The position numbers were made by a program, and so were the translations under genes. Shown here piece after piece: positions 55,163-64,000 of a stretch of DNA of 64,000 bases; positions within the stretch are counted from its first letter, which is position 1, and the number at the start of each line of letters is the position of its first letter. A model generated the notes under the pieces. The model searched no databases, was not told the origin of the DNA, and was given only the letters and a program-made list of their open reading frames with translations. Where the stretch lies: the NCBI GenBank assembly GCA_040357565.1, contig JBDODJ010000010.1; one strand, given 5' to 3'. The stretch is from Cercozoa sp. M6MM (Eukaryota > Protista > Endomyxa: Ascetosporea).

Positions 55163-56522
55163 ATGGGTCAGAAAGGCAGTCGACGTGAGTTACAGACATT
55201 CGAGCGAGTATTTTTTGTGGCTGTGTTGCTGTGTTCACTTAATCCACGCGCTTGCACTGACCAAACTAACCCCAGTGATCCAATGCAGCATACGCTCACA
55301 CTTGTGCGTGGCTGAATGCTTGCGCTTTTTCCTCTGGTTGCTGGTTTTGACGTATTGGTGCATTTGCTTTGCAGCGGATGCGGACGCCGACCTCGAAGAG
55401 GACGAGGGATGGTTTGACCGCAACAAGACGTTCAAGCCGAAGCGCAAGATCCACCGCGAGGGCACGCAGCGCGACCGTCTGCACAAGACAATGACCGTAA
55501 GCATCTTACACTTTTTGTCCCGAGTATTGATATCTTTCTGGCAGGCCTCAATGAAAGCAACGCTCGGAGGACAAGGAGACATGGCTACTACAGTTAAGCT
55601 GCCCGATGGTACTGATTTCCGCTTCGTACCATCATTGTGCGTTTTGACATCTGTGAGTAATCCGCAGGTGAAGACCCAAATGAGTGGCTGGCGGTCAACA
55701 CGGTACCCTCCTCGTGCGTGCCTGCTTGCTTGCTCGGTGTGTCTGATATTATGTTTTAATTCTAAGGTTCACTTTTTTAACGCCGCTTCGCTGGTGTACG
55801 GCACGGTGAGCGACTTCTGCACGGCCGAGTCGTGTCCCGACATGACGGCCGGCCCGCGCTTGTAGTCCTGAGTTTCCATTGCCCCATTGCTCCGTTGCCC
55901 ATTGCCTTTTACTGCCGAATCCGCACACAGCCAGTACCGCTGGGCGGACGGAGTGAAGGTGAAGCGTCCAATCTCGGTGTCTGCACCCGAGTACATTGAT
56001 CTCATGTTCGGCTGGGTGGACGAGATCATCAGCAATCCGGATATCTTCCCGGTCGAGGAGGTGCCCGCGCATCATTCACACGCGCACACGCACACAACCT
56101 CCACTTTTTTTTATTTTAATAGGGCGCGTCTTTCCCGAGTTCGTTCAAAAAGATTGTCAAGCACATCTTCAAGCGTCTGTTCCGCATGTACCGTTCTGCA
56201 CACATCAGAGATGTCTTGCAACTTTTTTGGCATGTATACCATGTAGGTACGCCCACATTTACTACTCGCATTTCGAGGAAGTTCGCTCGATCGGTGCCGA
56301 GGCGCATCTCAAGTATACACGCTCCCGTATACGTCGGCGCTTTGTTTTGTATATGTGTACGTGTGTGGCAGCACTTGCTTCAAGCACTTGATCTACTTCA
56401 TCCTCGAATTCGACTTGGTGGACCCGAAGGAGCTTGTGCCGCTCCACAAGCTCATCAAGCGACTCGTGCCGAGCACCACAATCTTTGACAGGATGGACTT
56501 GTCTAACCAGTCGAGTCGGTAG
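55163..56522 (+). CDS. MOB1: MOB kinase activator (MOB1-like)
   Basis: KTFKPKRK, ATLG, VKLPDG|EDPNEWLAVNT|VHFFN, YGTVSDFCTAESCPDMTAGPRF|QYRWADG, SAPEYIDLM, IFKRLFRM|YAHIYYSHF, EAHLN|TCFKH, FDLVDPKELVPL. Confidence 0.96.
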
Positions 56523-57899
56523 ACGACGGTCCTGCGTGCCAAAGTGCACCTTGCGCGTTGCGCGCAACACACTGTACCTGGCCTCCTCAGGCGCGCGCGA
56601 TCGCGGTGTGCATCGACCAAAAGACAAACTGCTGCGATCGATTTCGGGCTGACGTTTTCGGAATTATCATTGCATGCTAAGTCGACACTCGAACGCATGG
56701 GGGCAGGATTTTATCACATATCACGCTTCGATTCATTTTGTTTGGTACCAACGCAACGCTTTATTCGCCCGACCGTGCGTTGTTCGGTCCGCTACGTAGG
56801 GTATTAACGTGTTACGGTTCGTTGACCGCATCCTTGATCGGCACTCTCGCCTGCCGCTCTTGAAGTCGCAAACTGCGCCTGGGTTGGCTGCCCTGCTCGG
56901 AGACCTTGGCGATTTCATCCGAGACGATCAGAGGCACATCAAGCTTGTTGACGAAGCTCGGAATTCTGAACAAACTCCCAAGGAAGGGAGGAGTCGTCAG
57001 TGCAGACAAACTTGTGCTTCTGCTCCTCCAGTTTGTCCGTAGTCTACTGTCGCAGTAGTAGCGGTGACGTTATTAAAGAAAAATGGCCAGAGACTGCTTA
57101 GCACTGGATTTGCAGCCATCGCCGCGCAGTGTGTTGGATCATCCCCAGCCGCAGAGCCGCGCGCAAGGTGCTTTAAATAGTTCACAGGGCGCTATAGCAC
57201 TCCTATTCAGTTCTCCCTACAACCTCACACGCTGTACTGTTCTGTACAGTATCCTACTGAGCCAAGCAGGGTCGTGAATCGCATAATGTGTTACGATTCC
57301 CGCCTCTAAATTTAGAGTCTTCACATGTTACGATTATGGGGGCCAAGAACATTTACGATTATCTGGGGGTTTTCCTTGTATTTAAAGTTCCCCAGAACAT
57401 CTTCTTCAAGATTGGGTACAGCGCAGGTGGCGGGCATAAAATGCCTTGGGTAATTGAACGCGCGAGCGCTACCGTGCGGGAGTTCCAAGGGTCACCGGGA
57501 GCCCCCGCACGCATTGTTGTTTTGTCTGGTCCGTTCCATGGTCATGGCATTACCACAGCAGCATGCGTGTGTCGGTCAGACAGTCTGCGGTGGCAGTGGG
57601 TAAGTTTTTGAAGACTCAAGCACGCGCGGTTTAAGCCACTGAGGCACTAGCAGCACCCCATCTCCGTCCACTGTCGTGGTGATTGCCGAGGCTTTCTGTG
57701 ACCCCTCGAACAGGTACGTCGCACGTTCCTAGGTACAGCCTGCATCGCAAGGGGCGAGGGGGGGGGGGTAAATCGCACTCGCTCTTCGCGCAAGAAGCGG
57801 CGTTAATGTACGGTATGGTACGTCATCTGTCTTTAATTCCTTTTAGTGTCCCTACTGTATTTGTGTCTTGCAAAATTGGTCCGTGCTGTGTATGCCCCT

Positions 57900-57995
57900 G
57901 CATAATTTTGCGTAATGTCCGATAATCGGTGCGTAATTTATTCATAATTTTAACGTAATTTGTGCGTAATCTTGGCGGAATTCACGCGAAATTGC
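57900..57995. repeat. Degenerate array of C(G/A)TAAT-containing units of about 11-12 bp
   Basis: cataattttgcgtaatgtccgataatcggtgcgtaatttattcataattttaacgtaatttgtgcgtaatc. Confidence 0.6.
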
Positions 57996-58089
57996 CGTAT
58001 CTGCCCCTGGCTCTCGGGGGAGCATCGATCGCACACTCGCTCAGAACGAGCGGACACAAACGTGGACTCAAAGCATAGCGTTGCCACCC

Positions 58090-61000
58090 TCACGCAGCGT
58101 CTGTGTGGTGGCCATGTCTAGACAAGACATCGACGTGACGCTGCACTGCGAGGCGTCTTGCTGCATCAAACTCGTGGAACTCGGGGCTGAAGCAAGCGTC
58201 GGGAGTTAGGAAACATGACACTTAAAACGAAACAGAAAAATAAAGAAATATTGACACCTCGAAATGAAAGGTTGCACGGAGTTCATGTGTAGAAGGCGCC
58301 GTGCTTCTAGGTCGCATTCGCGAAGCGCCTCAACGAGGCTAGGCATCGCACACATGGTCGCGCTGATTTCGATCTCTCGATCAAAGCCCTGTGCAAGGAA
58401 TATAAATATACGTATACACCATGATGGAAACGCGCGCCGGGTACCGTTCCGCCCGAGGAAACATCCTGTTTTGTGGGCAGTGACGTTTGCAACGACTCGT
58501 TAATCACCTCTCGCTGCAACAAAGCCTGCCGCAGCACGCGCGTTCTGACGTTGGCCGAGATATTCAATGGCGCGAATTGCGCTACAAGAAACGCCGATGC
58601 CGAGTGCAATTTCAGGAGTTAGCAAAAGGACACTCAAAGAGCAAAACTACCGTTAAGATCAGACAGCAGATCACCTGTGCCGACGACATACAAAAAGACA
58701 CGTACACGGTAACATCAGGCACATTTTTGAACTTTGAACAATACAAAAAAAAAAAGCTACAGCCATTGGCGAAGCAAGCAAACCGCTCGTCCACGAACTT
58801 GCCGACGATAGCAAGAGCCTACCCTCACCATCACGTACAAAAGGGAAAAGAAGATAGCAGGAAATTAACAGGCACACGGAGCAACATGTGCTACCTGCTT
58901 TGCAGGCAGACCGACACGCCCGTGCAGCAGGTTGGCTTGTCGTAGTGCGCACACAAAGTCAAGTTGCTCGCGGCACATCTGCGCAAAATAATCAAATACA
59001 CGGAGACGAGATGGGTTTTAAAAAACAGCACCTGTGCGGATACGAAGTTTTGCAACAACTGTAGGCACTCGCCATCATTCACTGTAGTCAAACAGCAGCA
59101 AAACAACGTACATATCTCCCTACCCGTCACACAGAGAAAAGCGCACTAATTGAATCGAGATTCCAGCGCCGAATAAGGAAATCCACACGCTGCTGCGTTC
59201 CTAACTTGCGTGTTGATAGGTAGGCCTACGAACACACGTGTATTGTTTTCCTTTCCATTTACAAAGGAATCGCACAGCAATGAGAATGAACGCCGACAAA
59301 GTGACACCGACAACAGTGAGAACAAGTGTGACACGCGCGAAAAACTCGTCGCTAAATGAACAAGGACCGGTAACCAATGCGCCAGGGCGTGTCAACAAGA
59401 GAAGGAAGACCGTCGTGTACCTATCGCGACGTGAGTCGAACTCTCGGTCGGCCACCGCCTGAAGTCGGTCTAGAATGCGCCAAGACTCGTCACGCGCTTC
59501 GAGGAGACTCGTGTTTGTGGTCGTATCGAGCTGCATCCAGCGACTTTACTCCTCCTCTTTCTCATTTACCCTCCTTGTTATCCTTCCTCCACTAGGAGCA
59601 GAAATGCGTACGAGAAGATTTTCGATTTCGGCAGTGTGCGGCACCAACGTGGCATTGTTCGGATCGCGGAAGTTATCCACACACTGTGCCCAATAAAGAG
59701 CGAAGGAAGGAGAATAAAAAACAAAAGCAAAACGTTACCACAGCGTACTTCTGCTCACTGTAGTGAAACAGGAATTCGAGCAGACCAGCTGCCGCAAAAA
59801 GTAAAACTGTTATTGTGTATGATAATACAGCTTTACTCGAGGTGTCATCGCCGACCAATTTTCGCACATCATCAAGCAAAGCGTCATTCCGTTTGCCTTG
59901 CACCTGATCTGCAATATACAGAGATGCAAATTGAACGTGAGGGAAGGAGCAGTGAACAGGTAAAAGGCAGCTAACCAAGGAGAAACGCAGTGGCCTCCTC
60001 GGCGCCAACAATCTTGTTTTCCTGTGAAATCACGGAAAATTTAAAGGAGGGAGGACACATCGAGTAGCAGAAGCAACGACAACCGTACGTTGCTGGACTG
60101 GCCGGCTTTGATCACAGCGAATAGCTCGGTTTTGTTGACACCGTACCGGAACAGGTTGTTGATGGCAGCGTTGCTTTGCAGTGACATGTACGTATTTGAC
60201 TGCGCAGCACAAGCAGGTTGACAGGTTACATATTGTTATCATGCCATGCGACCCTTAAGTTGCTGCAAAAGAAAGTACCACATCGGCCTTGCTTTCCACC
60301 GACCGAGCAACAAGCGGCAGTGCTGTGTTTTTGGCAGTCACGGCGTGCTCTCTTTGCTTGGAGGTCGCCCAACTAGAAAGATGTGAGAACTAAAGCATAC
60401 AGTTAAAAACGCAATGGAGTCAATGTCGAGGCAGGATACAGCAAGAAGATTGACAGGCTGAAAAGCACGAGAAGTAGGGCGACAGTTGTGAACTGCACAA
60501 CCTTGCGCAGTCGTTGCTAGGCAGAAAAGCGTACAAAAACATTTAATTTTGATACGTAAAAACAAAACAAGGATACGAGCTTGCGCTTCTGCATGCCGAC
60601 GACCGAGGCTGCGAGAACAAAGCAACGCAAGTGAATCCATGATCGTAAAAGTATAAACAAACAAAAACCTGTGTAGCACAAGAAAACAGCAATATTAACG
60701 GGTACTCGAATTTGACGAGTTGATAGATGCTTCAGACGAGGAAACAGCCACCGAAACTGAATGTTCTTTGTCAGGTACAGAAGAAACATCGCTTGACGAA
60801 GCGACCTCAACGTCATCAAGGGTTGCCATCTGTCCAAAGAAGGAGATACGCGAGATAGAGTGAAGGAAGGTGAGCCGATATCACGAATAAAGAAAATAAC
60901 AAATATACTGGATTAAAATGTAAGGGACACCTCGGCGGAAACACCAGCAGCTTCAATGGTGATTTGCTTTGAGTTTAGCAGCCGCTTGACCTGGCAAAAC

Positions 61001-62555
61001 AACGACGCTCTTCGGGCAGAAATGAACAAATTTAGACGGACAAAACAAAGTCACCACTCGATGAGAAACCTTTAATTGTTGATCAAGTTGTTTTTGTTTA
61101 CGGCGCAACGCAACGGCACTGGACAAAAACGACACACAGGGTGACCAAAGTTGATACATGCAAAAACAAAGCAGCGGTGTACAAGGCAGGGAGAAGAGCC
61201 ATCGAGGATAACGTCGCACACTAAATATAGTTAATATAGATACGCAAGTTTGTAACACTTAAAATGAAGACAAGATACTAATGCAGCGATCGCGAAACCC
61301 TTTCGCTGGTCCAGGTAGTCCTCATTGTCTCTAAGCAGCTATCAAACACGAACACGTTTGGAATGAAAGACAACAACATATGTAACTTACTCTATGAAAT
61401 CGATGCTCAAACACAGCGCGGACTGCACATAATAATCAAATGAAACTATTCAAAAGCACAGCACGTCATAAAACACAACCACAATTCTCCGTGGTTTAGA
61501 CTACGTACCGCCTTCGTAGTGCTTGGCATAGCCAAATAATCTCATCGAATACTGCGGTACTGCATATACCCAGAAGTTGGAACAGATGCATTAAAGCCGT
61601 AAAAATATAAATGAGATCGTACGCTGTGGGAACCACTTGGCTTTTTCGCCAAGTAGGACGCCGATTTCGAACTGGTTGGTATATTTTTCTAATCACATTC
61701 ACATTCACATGGCGCTTTCGGGTGCTTTTTTGAGGTATTGTTACCAGACTCCTCGATGTGCAGCGTCGCGTTTCCGACTGACCACCTACAGAAGCGTCAT
61801 CATAAAATGCTCGTTGAAGTTAGGACAACCAGAACGAAAAAGTGTAACCGCGCCAGCTACACACAACACAAAGTAAAAACACCAGTCAGTCGAAAAAAAT
61901 TGTTATCACCTCGCGCTCGGTATCGTCTTCAGCATTGTCTCCGATTAACTGGGCACTGTCTGCTCACACGGAGTTGTAAATTTAGATCGAGAGGAGCTTT
62001 TCACCCATGCAGTTATAAGTCAAAGAAAACCTACCACGGAGCGTCTTAAAGTGTCCTACCTTACGGGACAAAAGGTTTGACACTAAAGCACGCACAAGAA
62101 GGGTAACCTTGAAAGCCAAGAAGAATAGCATAGATTCGCTGTTTGGTTAGAGTAAGCGATACTAATGTCTGAGTTGCGATTTCTTTCAAAAGATGTCCAA
62201 TTGTCATCAGCGTTGTACAAGCACTACAGGCACGACCGACATGCATTTTGACCCCAGACACACCACAATAATGGGGTAAATGCACCTGCAGCATTGTGAG
62301 TTGCCCAGGGTGCTTGATGAACCGAGCCTCGTTCACTAGGCGTGCAGATGCAACGTCTGCACCAAGCGCAGTGTCAGTGTTGGACGAAATCTTTTGTGAA
62401 AGCACGACGGTGGCAACGAGAAGCACAAGTGTAGCGCACGTGAGAGAAAAGACGACGAAACGCGCAATTGTAGTCAGCCGCGTGAGAGAACTGGCATTTT
62501 GATCCAACTCGGCGGTCACAGTGGCAAAGTCATGACTTTGCCGCCTCGGGGCCAT
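58090..62555 (-). CDS. Four-TM receptor-like protein with C-terminal RGS domain (about 25 exons)
   Basis: TM1 FVVFSLTCATLVLLVATVVL; TM2 GFAIAAL|CATLSSMALLPAF|AVAL; TM3 VVQFTTVALLLVLFSLSIFLL|WA; TM4 VTLVLTVVGVTLSAFILIA|AYL. RGS: WNLDSIM|NDGECLQLLQNFVSAQ|MCREQLDFVCALRQ..ALAIVGKFVDE..APLNISANVRTRV..EALRECDLEARRLLHMNSVQPFIS|SPEFHEF. Confidence 0.75.
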
Positions 62556-64000
62556 TGGGGCAGAAAACCTTGCACCGTCACGTGACGACGGACGCGAGAA
62601 ACAAATGCAACTGTACTGTACTCACGTTTGAGGTCCACGTCTCAGTGCGCGTTGCACTGCGTGCACTGAAACGCGAGCAAGCAGCTGCACAGGAGGTGGC
62701 CACACGCGACCCATCATGACATGACGGAAGCGATCACTTCTCAGTAGGTGGCCGCTTTTTAAACTTGGGTTGGTCGCAGCTCAGTGCCCACGTACGACAC
62801 AACGCGTTGAGATGCTTCAGGGCGTAATGAAAGGTACTGGAAAGGTGTACTCATTGGATCAATTTTTGTCTTAAATTGCGATCAATTTGCCCCCCGCCCA
62901 GGTTGGCTGTTAAAGCGGGGCAAGCGCCTCCTGTCTCGTTGGAGGTGTCGATTTTTTGTCCTTAAATCAAACGGAGACTTAGCCTACTACACCGACGAAA
63001 GTTGCGGGCAGTTGCTTGGCGTGTGCTCGCTGGGTGACGCCGTTCGGTGCCTGATTTCGATTTAAACCTAACTGTACCCAAACGTGTTTTTGACCTTGAT
63101 ATCTGCCAGACTGTTAAGTGTGGATGTGAGAAATGATTCTGACTTCAAGGGCGCCCTCCGTGAAGTCACTACGTAGAATCTCACCCTCCCTGCATGCTTA
63201 CAAATCCTGCTTTTGTGTCGCTATAGCAAACACTCGTCTCGTGCGTTCAAAATCGTTTCAAAAGCACGGTAAAATGATACTGATTTAATTCATATATGCC
63301 ATTTGTCACACCCGGCATGTGACCCGTACCCTCCTAGCGTGTGGTGCTTTGTGCCGATGAAAGATTCGGTGGACCAGTGGCTGTCTCAGTTGACGCCATT
63401 CATTCCTGTACGATGGCTACCCTTCAGGCACACTCACAGTCTGAAAATTTAGATTTAAGTTGAGTTTACAGGGTGGAAACGGTCGTGCAGCACTTGTCCC
63501 TTCAATATCGGTAGAGTTGTCTTCACATGCTTTGCCGTACGTTGTGGTTCGTTAATCGCTGGGACTTTTTGCAGGGCTATCTTGCTCAATTCAACCTTCG
63601 AAGCAAGAAGTGGGAACTCTGCTTCGCGGCTTTGTGGTAAAATCTTGTTGCTTTCTTCCGGCTCCGTCACAGCTCGTCAGTGATTGTTGCTGTTGCTGCA
63701 GCTCACCGTCGCTGTTCTTGTTCAACGACAAGAAGGGATTCAGCGCCTTCTTTGCCGAAGAACAAGCTCGCGCTGTTGGCCAATTACCAAACGTGTGTTT
63801 TCTTTAGCAATGCTGTGACCGTGTTACTGTATCAAACAAGTTTACAACAACGAATATGATACACAGAGTCATCGCAGTAGTCACTTGCTTGAGATCCTGC
63901 CGTTGTCTGGTGCTTCGGTTGTCAAAGCAGGATGCAGTCACGCTGATAGTCACATTGTAAGTCTCTTTATGTATAATAAGTTCTCTGCGCATACACGCCC

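Noticed and set aside
55858-55931. Possible non-canonical introns
   Set aside because: Every junction checked in MOB1, DBP7, PEMT, COASY and CHS resolves as GT-AG, and no sequence similarity between introns (Introner-like) was seen.

Overview
This is a compact, intron-rich eukaryotic nuclear region using the standard code. Introns are short GT-AG (mostly about 45-100 nt), several are expanded by (GT/CA)n microsatellites, and there are two 100-N scaffold gaps. The ORF track is mostly fragments, so genes were spliced by hand. About 15 genes were reconstructed, largely in head-to-head pairs: YqgF/RuvX-like nuclease (partial), SEC-C motif protein, division-1-type chitin synthase, eIF2-alpha, DNAJB12/14-like J protein, CoA synthase, DBP7/DDX31 helicase, outer-arm (DNAH5/8, gamma-type) dynein heavy chain, LRRC6/DNAAF11, gamma-carbonic-anhydrase-like protein, Cho2-type PEMT, a PAM2-MIF4G protein, an unknown gene, MOB1 and a 4-TM RGS protein. 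Gene content suggests a flagellated non-opisthokont protist, possibly SAR (inference). The two strongest novelty candidates are (1) a CoA synthase (PPAT-DPCK) fused in frame to a complete bacterial-type COG4339 HD phosphohydrolase and (2) a receptor-like protein with two tandem TM-extracellular-TM modules and a C-terminal RGS domain. Also notable: a dynein heavy chain sharing a tiny divergent promoter with its assembly factor DNAAF11, a MOB1 with a possible N-myristoylation exon, an eIF2-alpha with an altered kinase-recognition motif, and a shared upstream motif. Exon boundaries are manual predictions with no RNA or database support.
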